A stretch of DNA of 64,000 bases from Iphione sp. A-MEVVRFRX5 (Eukaryota), in assembly GCA_976226885.1 (NCBI GenBank), contig OZ320319.1, forward strand, positions 71,610,001 through 71,674,000, read 5' to 3'. The position numbers and the translations under genes were made by a program. Positions 24,881-35,858 of this stretch are shown one piece after another. Every line of letters starts with the position of its first letter. Position 1 is the stretch's first letter. The notes beneath the pieces are model-generated. The model saw only the letters and a list, made by a program, of their open reading frames with translations. It had not been told where the DNA came from and ran no database searches.

Positions 24881-27800
24881 GGAATGGTGTCAGATGATCA
24901 GAGGGTTGCGCCCCCTTGTGGCTACTAGCGTCGCCGCAATGCGGAAGTGAGTTTTGTTTACCTGCAAATTGACGGCCTCCCGAAGTCTACATACCCCGCT
25001 CTTCCTTGGGGTGATCATTCTTCCCGGCGGCTTTGCATCTCAGAGGAATTCCAGGCAGTTAAGTTCTACGAAAAATATGGACACGTTATGTGTGTTACTC
25101 GGTTAAATTTGTAACCGGTCGTGCTCGTTTCACACAGACGTTCATTTCCGCTTTGCTTGCCATTGCCGTCTGGGCTCTTCCAGGATTCCAAGAAGAGAAC
25201 GAGGAAGTAGCCCTCACTATATGTTGTAGACTGACAGCATCCTGGTTTTCCAAGGCTTGGAAAGTGAATCTTTGCCGAAGAATCTGGATTTGTTGTGATA
25301 ATCTCTACGGAGCATCCATCGTAAAAAAAATTGCATGCATTCTATCCCTCCCACGCCAGGTCTGGTGCTTGTGCACCTTACATATTGTGTTGTTGTTATT
25401 GTTGCTATTGCTTTATCCTTACCCTAGCCTTTCCATCAAAGGTTCTTCGGCTTTGGGAGGTTGAGTACGTTATCAGATATCTAGTCATGGCGAGGTATTG
25501 AAATATAGGTGGAAAAACGTCTAGATTTCTCGAACTAAAATTATCTTCTGTGTTCCAAGGTTATGCAGTGTTCTGGCAAATGTATTCCAAGGTGAAGCCG
25601 TCTGTGGTCATGTGGGTGATATTCATCTAACACATCATTCAAGTCAGTCTTAATGACATCTAGCTATCATCTTACATATAAAACAGTCCCAGAAAGATCA
25701 AAGGAAATTTGAAAGTACACCGACTGAATATGCATTGTAGGTCTTCCTCCAATGGCCACATTCTAGGACGTTTGTAACTAGAGGTTAATCTAATCTGGTA
25801 TATCAAAATCGCAAAGTTTCTGGAAATTTAGATCATTACTAGGAGATGGCTAAATGAGAAAACTTATGCTTTTCACTCGGTTCTCTTCGTGTATAAGTTA
25901 CCAAATTGTTAAAGACCTCTTGAATAAAGTAGCATATGACCCCCTTAAACACCACTTAAATGGCCCAGTCAACACAAAAGTCGCACTCATTACCATTGAT
26001 CTCTTCAGACTAGAAAACAATAGTAATGTCATGAAAGGTAACACCTGGTTGTGTAACGATAAGACATCAGAAGGGAGCTAAGAGCAGCACAAAGCTTAAC
26101 GCCTCGACCGGATACTTGACTGTTGATAACAACAAATGCCATGCTAACACATCAAAGACGGCTGGATCGGTTCTCAGCTTGTACAGGGTTCTCAAGTGAC
26201 TGGCAGTCATGCCGTTCACATCAGTGGTCTGGCAATGTCAGACGCGGAGTATCACTCAGTGCTCGCCGATACGGCGAAAGGTAGTTCTGTATTGATGAAG
26301 AGGGAAAGAAAGGAACCAGATTAAAGAGATACGGTAGCTTTTCAAGAAGAGAAGCGGGGGAGGGGGATAAAATAAAGAATGATGAAGAAAGTCGAATGTT
26401 GTTACTTCACCCTTAGCGACCTTTCGAAGTGGACTTCTATTATAGTTTATTTACAGAGTAGTATTGCTTGATAAGAGACAACAAAAGGAAAGGTGATGAA
26501 GGGTTGTGAGCAGGTTGACACCTTGCCTCTCCTGAACGTAGTAAAGTGAAACCTGCGCCGGATGGTCATTTACAGAAATGTTGTGCCTGCCTCGAACATG
26601 CCACTCATGATATCATCACTGCTTGACTACGATGTACTGACAGAAAGAGGAGTGTCACCTCTGACCTTGTATCCCTCAAATCTTGCGTGAAACATGTTAA
26701 TTAGGCTGTGACTTCAAAAACATAATGTTAAAGACTGAGTTGAAGTGCGTGCTTCGGTATTGTCCATATCTACGAGTGAACTTGAGTTACAGAAAGCAAC
26801 CGAGGTAAGCCCTGAGGTTAGAAAACAGTACCAAGATGGGCCCGTGATCTGTCCTGCTAGGAGTGGCTGCACTCTAGTCCATGAGGTTTATGCAGCGTCA
26901 TCTGTAGCTATCCTGCTGTAATTTTTCGCTTTATTTCACCACCTAGTCCCTTACAATTGGGGATGGTCTTCTCTGCGATGTATAGTATAACGATCCAGTA
27001 ATTCAGCTGGTTCCAAGGGAAACTCAAAGGAGTAGTTTGTATTTACGATTGCAATCAGTACACTTATGAATACACATTAGGAGCGCACTAATATCTTCAC
27101 GCTTGGAACTGGTCATTTGTGGTATCTACCATGAAGCAGATGTCTGTAGAAGGTTGGCGATAAAATAAGGCCCTACGTAAATTAGTCAGTAGGTGGATTC
27201 ACTGTTACTGTAATATGAGTTGGTTTTCATTTGTATTATGCATTGTAGTCCATTCACCTAATTCCCTTCAAAACCACCAAAGAAGACATTACAACGGATA
27301 CATCTATTTTCAATCTCTCTGATTTTTTAGTACCTTTTCTCTCATTCTGCGTCGTAACAGACATCTACATTTATTACATTTTTTTTAAATTGTGACTGGG
27401 GACATCTATTTACCTTACATATTCTTTACATTCATCGTCACACTCATTGCTGTTGTTCTTAGGTGGAAAGATACTTGTCATTGTTACATGCACAACATTT
27501 GTGATAGCTGTTCTTTATGATGATTCTTCTTTAGGTCGAAGTAGAGATTGTGAAGGGCACCTATTGTTCTGTCGTGTCATGAAACGTTAATTCTTCAGCT
27601 TTATGGATTTCTATTACTGAGTGATGAACATTTAAACTGATCAGCTTAGTTAAAGACAGTTATGTTATCCATAGAAATTCCATGGGCTAAGTATAGTACT
27701 GGTATACCTCAATTAACGAAGTCTCTGAGAACGAAGCTCCTTTGTACATAACGAAGTTTGTTTTCTAGTCATATATTGTGGCCTAGGGCCACTTCTACCG

Positions 27801-28659
27801 ACCTGTTTCACTGAAATTGATTAAAACCAAAGACAACAATTCTGAACATACGATATCATAATAAATATCAAAGGTTATCTTAATAAATATCCAGCACAAC
27901 GCATGGAACTTTCATACAGGAATTGTGTGCCTCTGATAACGTTTCCCCCAACAAACTGATTTCAAAGAACACCTTTACTTCATAAACAGAAGCTTACTTG
28001 TATAATACATACATCGATTTACATCAGTCTGTTCCATCGCTGGACTGGTTTGAAAAGCTATATTGCTAGAGAGAGCACCATTGAAAATGACCCTCCATCG
28101 TATTCACCAGACTACGGTTTAGGGAAGGAATCTGTTTGATCACGGGCTAGGTGCTAGAGATCCAATGTAATAATACATGTATATACATATGTACATTTGA
28201 TTTGTGTAAAATCGTCTGAATCACATCATGATACTTTGTGTATCTGACACTTCAGTCTTCAGTCAAAACATTCAGGGAAAAATAACGCACATGTCCCTCG
28301 TAAAAATTGCCCCTGTGAGAAATTAATCAGGGTAATGACTTCGAACTGATCTTGTTGAATAATAATGGGTGATGTCAGTGACATGAACTTGGTGACATGA
28401 CGGAGGTATTGTGGTATTTTGAAGGTGATTCGTTACTCTACGTCGAGATGGGGGGGGGGCGGGGTGGAGTGTAGGTTTACCCACTGTCCACAACGTTCAA
28501 TCAATGCCTATTGCGCATAAGTTTTGTGTGTGTAGCTCTTGCTCACCCCATGCCTGCTGACGAGCTGCTCGCTAAAGGGGGTTGTATGCGTCACTGAGGG
28601 GTTTCCCCTTCTACCCGGGATCCCCCCCTCCCACCAAGTAAAACTCCTCCCTACCCCCT

Positions 28660-29065
28660 AACCGGTCCACCAATCAGCATCTGACCAATGCCAGTCAGGT
28701 GTCTGGAGGAGGTGCTGGCGGAGGGGCGGTGTTAGGGTGCGTTAGGGGCGGGGTTTAGAGCAGGGAGGGAGGGTCGGTGACGTGCTTTGAGTATGTGGGC
28801 GATAGTAGGTGGATTTAGGGAAGGTGTGTTGATGGGGGGCAGGTGTTGGGTTAGGAGGGTGGTCAGACAGGTAAGTGAGCGGGAGGGGGGCCGTTGCGAG
28901 GGGGATGGCCGGAGGGGCAGACGGGCCGGCGTCTGAGTCAGTGCGGCTCCCTAGCCATGCGCATGCGCGTGCCTGACTCATGGTCCGTGTTTGGGTGGTG
29001 TCTCTGGCTGGTATCCACTTCCGGTAGCGTTCAAACACGTACCACCTGACAACCGGAAGGAAGTG
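28660..29065. promoter_or_regulatory. GC-rich promoter-like motif cluster not linked to an identified gene
   Basis: CCAAT at 28670 and 28685; GC boxes at 28723 and 28745; a GTAAGT donor at 28871; TGAGTCA/TGACTCA at 28934 and 28974; TGCGCATGCGC at 28958; ETS-like CACTTCCGG at 29016 and CCGGAAG at 29053. Confidence 0.45.
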
Positions 29066-29586
29066 CTCCAACCACTGCCCCTTCACGTTCCTCACCTACT
29101 CCACCTCAACCACACAGGTGTGTTAGGATGGTCTGCTCTTACCAATAGCAACAGAGGAGAACACCTCCTGTGAACAGGAAAATTGACAACAGTATAGATT
29201 TATCCTCTCCTCTGTGGAATTACATTAAAGAGGGATTAGTCAGAATTAGACAATTATTGGTTGACTTCTGTAAGGCAGTGGTATATAGGAACAAACAATA
29301 AATCATAAAGTGTCTGATTAAATGAAAAGGACGTACGTTTATATTTGTTACGTAGTAGATACGACACAGGGCATTTTAACATGGAACCGTAGAACCTGAT
29401 TATTTTTTACTATTCTTTGCTCTTGTGCGTTATCTTGTACGTCCGATGGACTGAATGTAATGAAATGTTTTTAAGACGCCTGTCATGATAGAATGTTTAT
29501 GCATGATTTCTTGATTAGCGCCACAATAAGTCAATATCACACTCCATTAAATCATATTTTTCTCCGCTTGGTCTCTCTGTCACTGG

Positions 29587-29610
29587 CTCTCTCTCCCTCC
29601 CTCCTTCCCT

Positions 29611-29669
<59 letters not shown>

Positions 29670-29785
29670 AGGTTTCCTTCATTCCCTCTTTCTCACCTCC
29701 TCTATGTTTCTATCATGTTCCTTGTTTGTTCTCCCTCAGTTCCTCCTATCTCTCTGTCTCTTTCTCACTGTCGCTCTCTCTCTCT

Positions 29786-29818
<33 letters not shown>
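29587..29818. repeat. (CT)n microsatellites and pyrimidine-rich tract
   Basis: Directly visible. Confidence 0.95.
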
Positions 29819-29821
<3 letters not shown>

Positions 29822-30792
29822 CTTTACTTTTCCTAATCCGTTTTCTTCCGTCTACCGTTACATTTCCTTCATTACTTTCAACTTTCCACAGTCTTTCCCT
29901 CCTTTCTCACCTTCATTTTCCTATACTCTTCATGTTACCTTTCCTTCCCTTCGTATCTATCCCCTCTCTTCCCTATTCTCTCCTTTATCCTATTCTGATC
30001 TTCCTGTTCGCCAACACTCTCTTGCTCATTTTCTTCTCGCCACTGCTGAGGCCTGTTCCTCTAGCACGGATCACCCTTTGACCGCACCTCGTCGCTGTGT
30101 CTCAACGCGCCTCCAGGCATCCCGGATCTAACGCTGAAGAACCAAAAATTCCCAGGGTACCATGTTTTTTTCGTCCCAGAGTAAGCAATCTGTGTACGTA
30201 TCCCTATTGGCACACTTTGAATTTGGATATACAGCCCTGGCTACGCAATACCACTTCCTCATCGCCAATCATCTGTCTGCGGGGTATAGAGCCAATCCTA
30301 CATGTGGACCTTCATCTTGGTGACAACTACCAATTTAAATACATCACGCAGAGTACTGATTCTCATGAGAAGTTAAGTGCATTTTATGGTGCCATCGATA
30401 CAGTCATTGCTCCCGAGAGCTACAGGTTACTTTATTCTTGAGGAAGAGGACTGGCTTTTAGACGTAATCCTTTGATTAGCCCTCCCATTGAGGGTTATCC
30501 CAAATAAATGTACCAGATATTATTTCAATTGAAATTAAATGCTGCATTTTGACGGTTAACTCCTCTTAGCTCTTTTTCTCGTGCTTATACTGCCCATTTT
30601 CTACTGCTCATTATGTTTTATGATCTGCCTTATCCATCTCCTCTATAAAATAATACCGGAGCATGACAGGGGCAGCGCAAGGCCGAATAGAGCCGGTTTA
30701 TTCTTCATACTCGAAGGGCTTCTGTTGGATAACATTACTGGTGTGCAGCTGTTAGCTTCCAATGGGAGACGACCAAAGAATCTCTATTATAT

Positions 30793-31340
30793 TGTAGGGT
30801 AGCGTAAGGAGGGCTAGACGTACTACATGTACTTGAGAAGGGCCCAAGCAGTTTAAGGAGAAGAAAGTAGGGGCCCGAGCATATAGGGGAGGGGCCCGAA
30901 CAACTGTAGTGGGGCCCAACCACTTTTGTACAAGGGCCCAGCTGTTGCACCGAATGCCCCCTACTTTGACTGACAGATGAGACCAGAAAGAGCAATGTTG
31001 TATCAATTTTATTCCATATTTGGATACAGTCACCGGGTCACATGACGTGTATACTTGCTATAAATAAGAGCCCTGTGTGGCAAATAAACCAGTCTGCACT
31101 TGGATTACGTTGTGGCTGTTGTCTCTTCAGGGAATGCTAGGAACAGATACTCACTTGAACTTACCTTAGGGTTAGCCTATTGGAGTAACGTATTGGATTA
31201 ACACATGAGGATTATTAAGCCAGGTAATTAACTACCATAGGAGGATTTACCAAGTGGGAATAACAACACACATACGACACTTGGGGATATTACTTTATTC
31301 CAAGGAGTAACTCAAAGGAGATTTAAATACGCAGATTACA
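30793..31340 (+). repeat. 5' LTR (548 bp)
   Basis: Runs TGTAGGG...ATTACA, with TATAAATA at 31059 and AATAAA at 31083. Matches 42092-42639 except at 3 positions. Confidence 0.98.
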
Positions 31341-31341
31341 C

Positions 31342-31360
31342 TGGTGTCAGAAGTGGGATT
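31342..31360 (+). promoter_or_regulatory. Primer binding site complementary to the tRNA-Leu 3' end
   Basis: TGGTGTCAGAAGTGGGATT is the reverse complement of AATCCCACTTCTGACACCA, the 3' end of eukaryotic tRNA-Leu. It starts 1 nt after the LTR. Confidence 0.9.
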
Positions 31361-31371
31361 CCCCAGACAAG

Positions 31372-32235
31372 ATGGCTACAGCTTATGTCTCTGTGGATGA
31401 TGAAGTGCAGATTCGTGTCACCAGCCCGGCACCTGACACAGAAGAGGAGGAGCACTTTGAGATTGCTCCAGAAGAGCCACTCAAGATCAACACTTTGAAG
31501 CCGGAGCGGTTTGACGGTAAGACTGTTGATTGGGACAGCTGGATCAGTCAGTTTGCGGAGTGGGCAACCGCTTGCAGGTGGGGGGAGGACACAAAATGTT
31601 CTGCATTGACCCTGTCCCTGACTGGGACAGCCCGCATGTACTATGGGGATCTCCCTGCCGAGGAGAAGAGGGACTATGCTAGCAGGGTGGCCGCCCTTGA
31701 GCGAAGATTTGGCAGAAGGAGGGATCGCGTTGTGGCAATGCAGAAGCTATCAGGCATGAGACGTCAGAAAGATGAAGATGTGAGGGACTTGGCCGATCGG
31801 GTTAGGAGGCTGGTACGTACAGCCTACCCCGACGTGACGGGGGAAACTAGGGAATTGGCAGCTGTCGCGGCATTCCAGAGGGCCCTAGCAGACTCCCTCC
31901 ACTTGAAGTGCCTCGAAGCCAAGTGTACCACGCTAGATAACGCCGTCCAGGTGGTGGAGACTCAGGAACGTTTTCGGGCAAAGGCAATTAACACCGTACA
32001 GCAGGCTCCCATTCAGACCCCTATCGCCTCAACCCCAGCTGGGTGGAAAAAGGAGATGGAGGAGCTCATAGCTCAGGAAATCCGGAAACTGAGGGAAGAA
32101 GCTAAGACCCCAGAGGAGGGAAAGCCAAGGAAGCCCCGGTTCACTGGATGCTATCAGTGTGGACAACATGGCCACTTTAAGCGGGATTGTCCCCAGCTAC
32201 CCGCATCGGGAAACGCCAACCAGCCGGCTCAGTAG
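31372..32235 (+). CDS. gag: Gag (287 aa) with capsid-like region and CCHC knuckle
   Basis: KPERFDG...W...W...L..SLTG.A capsid-like motif and CYQCGQHGHFKRDC zinc knuckle. Confidence 0.95.
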   Translation: MATAYVSVDDEVQIRVTSPAPDTEEEEHFEIAPEEPLKINTLKPERFDGKTVDWDSWISQFAEWATACRWGEDTKCSALTLSLTGTARMYYGDLPAEEKRDYASRVAALERRFGRRRDRVVAMQKLSGMRRQKDEDVRDLADRVRRLVRTAYPDVTGETRELAAVAAFQRALADSLHLKCLEAKCTTLDNAVQVVETQERFRAKAINTVQQAPIQTPIASTPAGWKKEMEELIAQEIRKLREEAKTPEEGKPRKPRFTGCYQCGQHGHFKRDCPQLPASGNANQPAQ

Positions 32236-32933
32236 GCCAGGAGGGCGCGGCTGATCCAGTCCCCATGGGGTGTATAATGGAACAAGGCCAGGGGCCACAC
32301 TTACAGGTAAGCGTGAGGGGTGGCAACTATATGTTTCTGGTGGATACAGGGGCCGAAGTTTCCATTGTTAACCCTGAGGTGGTCCCTGGCCTAGAAGGTG
32401 ACAGGGGGGAGATCCGGATTACTGGGGCGGGTGGGCATGTAATCCCCACACTAGGAAAAGAGGTCCTAGAGGTAGAAGTAGCAGGTAAACAGTTTTCCCA
32501 TCCTTTCTTGATAGCTCAAATTGGGGAAGAGGGTATCTTGGGGAATGATTTCTTAAACCACCATCAGGCAGTCATAGACCTGGCTCATGGGAGGGTGTGT
32601 TTTGATAGTAGGTCCGGGGGGCAGCGATGCCCTGAGAAGCCGACTGCCCTGCGTGTGGCCCATGATGTGTCTTTGTCCCCAGGCGAGGGGACGGCTGTCC
32701 CCCTGATTAACCCTGGGGGTGCATCCTTCCTGATAGAAGGGGTGGATGAGAAGCAAATGGGGAGGGGGATCTTCGGGATTAGGAGCATTGTTAGAGCCAC
32801 CCTCCCCCTTTGGAATTTGGGAGATCGGGATGTGATGCTGACGCAGGGGACCCTATTAGCCATGGGGCACCCAACCTGTTGCTCAGAAGTCACGAAAGGG
32901 GCCCCTGAAAACAGGGTCCGGATGATTCAGTAG
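32208..32933 (+). CDS. pol: Aspartic protease region of pol, in the -1 frame relative to gag
   Basis: FLVDTGAEVSIV active site and GILGNDFL motif. A G GGA AAC slippery site lies at 32208-32214. The ORF ends at TAG 32931-32933. Confidence 0.92.
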   Translation, partial: GKRQPAGSVGQEGAADPVPMGCIMEQGQGPHLQVSVRGGNYMFLVDTGAEVSIVNPEVVPGLEGDRGEIRITGAGGHVIPTLGKEVLEVEVAGKQFSHPFLIAQIGEEGILGNDFLNHHQAVIDLAHGRVCFDSRSGGQRCPEKPTALRVAHDVSLSPGEGTAVPLINPGGASFLIEGVDEKQMGRGIFGIRSIVRATLPLWNLGDRDVMLTQGTLLAMGHPTCCSEVTKGAPENRVRMIQ

Positions 32934-35858
32934 GTGTCTGGGGCAGTGTTTGAGGGGTTATTGGCCCAGACAGCAGGACGACTCCAAGAGGGAGAACAGG
33001 TAGCCCTTGCCAAGGTCCTAAGGAAGCATAAAGCTGTGTTCGCTCGGTCGAAGGGGGACCTGGGGCAGACCGACCTGGTACAACATAGGATCTACCTACT
33101 AGACCCCCACCCTATTAAGCAGCCCCCTAGGCGGCTCCCCATAGCCCGGCGGCGAGAGGAGCGTGAGCTGGTGGCGGAGATGAGGGCGCTGGGGGTGATC
33201 CGGGAGAGCAGTAGCCCTTGGTCCAGTCCGGTGGTCATGGTCCGAAAGAAAGACGGCACCACCCGTTTCTGCGTTGATTATCGGAAGTTGAACCAGCAGA
33301 CGAAGGTCGACGCCTACCCCCTGCCACGGATAGATGACTCACTGAGCACGTTGGCAGGCGCCCGGTACTTCTGTTCCTTGGATTTGGCATCAGGCTACTG
33401 GCAGGTCCGGATGCACCCCGAGGACCGCGAAAAAACGGCTTTCTCTACATCCGTAGGACTGTACGAGTTCACCGTAATGCCGTTTGGGTTGGTGAATGCC
33501 CCGGCCACGTTCGAGCGGTTGATGGACACAGTATTACGGGGTCTTGCCTGGGAGCAGTGCCTCGTGTACCTGGACGATATCTTAGTGTTTGGGCGAGATT
33601 TCCCAGAGACACTAGAAAGGCTGGACCGCGTGCTAAGTCGAATTGCCCAGGCTGGGTTGAAGCTCAAACCAACCAAGTGCCAGTTGTTCTTGGAAGAGGT
33701 CGGTTTCCTCGGACACCTTGTCTCGCGAAAGGGGGTGGCGACTGACCCTGCTAAGACCAAATGCATCGTCGACTGGCCGACCCCACGATGCACTACTGAT
33801 GTTCGCGCCTTCTTGGGGATCTGTTCCTATTACCGGCGTCATGTGCCCCGGTTTGCCAATGTAGCCGCACCCCTAAACCGTCTTACCAGTGCAAGGGTGA
33901 GGTTTACCTGGGGGCCAGAAGAAGAGTCTGCATTCCAAGAACTGAAACGGGCACTGAGCACCAGTCCCATCCTCGGCTATCCCCAACCTAATGGGAGGTA
34001 CTACTTGGATACGGACGCCAGTAACGTGGGGCTGGGCGCTGTCTTGGCGCAGGAACAAGAGGGCCAGGAAGTAGTGCTAGCCTACTATAGCCGGAGCCTC
34101 AGCGAGGCAGAACGACGCTACTGCGTCATGCGACGGGAGCTCCTTGCCGTTGTGGCAGCTCTGAAGCACTTCCACTTTTACCTCTATGGGCAGGATGTAA
34201 CCGTGCGCACTGATAACGGGGCTGTCAGCTGGCTCAGCCGGATAAAGGACCCAGAGGGACAGCTAGCCCGTTGGTTGGAAAGGATTGGCCAATATCGATT
34301 GCAGCTCGTTCATCGTGCAGGGCGACTGAATTCCAACGCTGACGCTCTGTCTCGTCGAGTTTGTCGGCAGTGCCAACAACCCCACCTTGAACCTGAGGAA
34401 GAGGAGGTGATTCCAGTAAGGGTGGTGACCCGCAGCCAGACTACCCCCGCTCCGGGTCGGGAATTACGTCGGGACCAGCTACAAGACGAGACTGTAGGGC
34501 CAATCCTGCGACTGAGAGAAGAGACCACGGATCAACCTTCATGGGAAGCAGTGTCTGCCCTGCCAGCCGCGGCGAAGGCTTTATGGAGACAGTGGGACCG
34601 GCTGACGGTCAACGACGGGCTATTACAGCGGCGCTGGTATGGGCTGGGGAGCGATCCCACCCGGTTGCAAGTAGTACTCCCTGCAATACGACAGGAAGGG
34701 GCCATCAAGGAAGTGCATGCTGGACGAACCGGAGGACACTTGGCCACCGATCATACCACCTATTTGGTGTCGCTTGCTTACTATTGGCCAGGGATGCGAA
34801 AGGATGTTGAAGCCTTCTGCCGTCGCTGTCACTGTGCCCTCCTGAATATCAGTCCTCAGAAACCGCAAACTGCATTGAAGACTTACCTGCCCGGTGAGCC
34901 AATGGAACGCTGGTCAATGGACGTGGCGGGGCCCCTACCAGAAACGAAGAGGGGGAATCGCTATGTCCTTATGGTGGGTGACCATTTCACCAAATGGATA
35001 GAGGCCTTCGCCATGCCCGACCAGAAGGCCAGCCGGGTAGCCGCTCTGCTAGCTGAAGAAGTCATTGCACGATACGGGTGCTTCTTAGAGATCCATAGTG
35101 ATCAAGGCACCAATTTCTGCAGTGAAGTCCTGGTGGCGCTGTGCCAGTATTTGGATATAAAGAAGACCCGGACTACGCCGCGCCACCCCCAGAGCGACGG
35201 TTTCATTGAGAGGAGCTTCCGTACTATGAGCCGAATGATAAAAGCCCATTGCCATGAAGTGCGGGATGATTGGGACGAGGCTTTACCGTTTTTGATGATG
35301 GCCTATCGGGCCTCGCCGCAAGCTAGTACTGGGTATACCCCGAACTTCCTGATGTTTGGGCGGGAGATCATCCTCCCAGTGCATGCGTGGGACGGACTTC
35401 CACGACACACTATGGAGGAGCGTCCCCTCCCGGAGCAGGTGGCTGATGTCGGGCGTCGGATGCAGGCCGCGTACAAGGAGGTAAGACGCCATTTGCAGCG
35501 GGCCGCGAGGACCCAGGCCCGGGCGTACGACCGCCGAGTGCAGGGGCACCCATTGCAGGATGGGGACGCGGTTTGGTTGCACGAGGCTCAGCCCCCAAAG
35601 GGGCGTAGTCCAAAGACACACTTCCCTTGGACAGGGCCCTGGGCAGTAGTCAGGCGGCTCGATGACGAGCGTTTGGTGATACAGCGGACGCAAAAGGCGA
35701 AGCTGAAAGTGGTCCATAGGAACCGGCTACGACGTTACCAGGGGGACGATCTTCCCCGGTGGATCCTGACACTAAGGAAGAAGATGGTAGCGTCGCAGGA
35801 GAATGGAGAGGTCAAAAAGAAGACTTCGGGCGTGGGGGGAACCAATCCCCCGGAGTAG
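32934..35858 (+). CDS. pol: RT-RNaseH-integrase region of pol, same frame as the protease, after a single TAG
   Basis: RFCVDYRKLN, LDLASGYWQ and YLDD (RT); DTDAS, RELLA, TDN and NADALSR (RH); H..GH..YYWPG..CRRC, MDVAGP, HSDQG, DGFIER and WTGPW (IN). Confidence 0.97.
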   Translation: MSGAVFEGLLAQTAGRLQEGEQVALAKVLRKHKAVFARSKGDLGQTDLVQHRIYLLDPHPIKQPPRRLPIARRREERELVAEMRALGVIRESSSPWSSPVVMVRKKDGTTRFCVDYRKLNQQTKVDAYPLPRIDDSLSTLAGARYFCSLDLASGYWQVRMHPEDREKTAFSTSVGLYEFTVMPFGLVNAPATFERLMDTVLRGLAWEQCLVYLDDILVFGRDFPETLERLDRVLSRIAQAGLKLKPTKCQLFLEEVGFLGHLVSRKGVATDPAKTKCIVDWPTPRCTTDVRAFLGICSYYRRHVPRFANVAAPLNRLTSARVRFTWGPEEESAFQELKRALSTSPILGYPQPNGRYYLDTDASNVGLGAVLAQEQEGQEVVLAYYSRSLSEAERRYCVMRRELLAVVAALKHFHFYLYGQDVTVRTDNGAVSWLSRIKDPEGQLARWLERIGQYRLQLVHRAGRLNSNADALSRRVCRQCQQPHLEPEEEEVIPVRVVTRSQTTPAPGRELRRDQLQDETVGPILRLREETTDQPSWEAVSALPAAAKALWRQWDRLTVNDGLLQRRWYGLGSDPTRLQVVLPAIRQEGAIKEVHAGRTGGHLATDHTTYLVSLAYYWPGMRKDVEAFCRRCHCALLNISPQKPQTALKTYLPGEPMERWSMDVAGPLPETKRGNRYVLMVGDHFTKWIEAFAMPDQKASRVAALLAEEVIARYGCFLEIHSDQGTNFCSEVLVALCQYLDIKKTRTTPRHPQSDGFIERSFRTMSRMIKAHCHEVRDDWDEALPFLMMAYRASPQASTGYTPNFLMFGREIILPVHAWDGLPRHTMEERPLPEQVADVGRRMQAAYKEVRRHLQRAARTQARAYDRRVQGHPLQDGDAVWLHEAQPPKGRSPKTHFPWTGPWAVVRRLDDERLVIQRTQKAKLKVVHRNRLRRYQGDDLPRWILTLRKKMVASQENGEVKKKTSGVGGTNPPE

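Noticed and set aside
24900-25464. CGGAAGTG motif and a 124-aa ORF
   Set aside because: A single short motif and an ORF with no homology cues; not enough support.
26100-26300. Exon-like coding-looking segment on either strand
   Set aside because: Splice-like signals exist on both strands, but no translation is recognisable and no partner exons were found.
29704-30131. Hydrophobic 125-aa and 138-aa ORFs
   Set aside because: They are translations of (CT)n and pyrimidine-rich low-complexity DNA.
30097-30441. 114-aa ORF considered as a LINE endonuclease remnant
   Set aside because: Only a vague resemblance; no catalytic APE motifs are identifiable.
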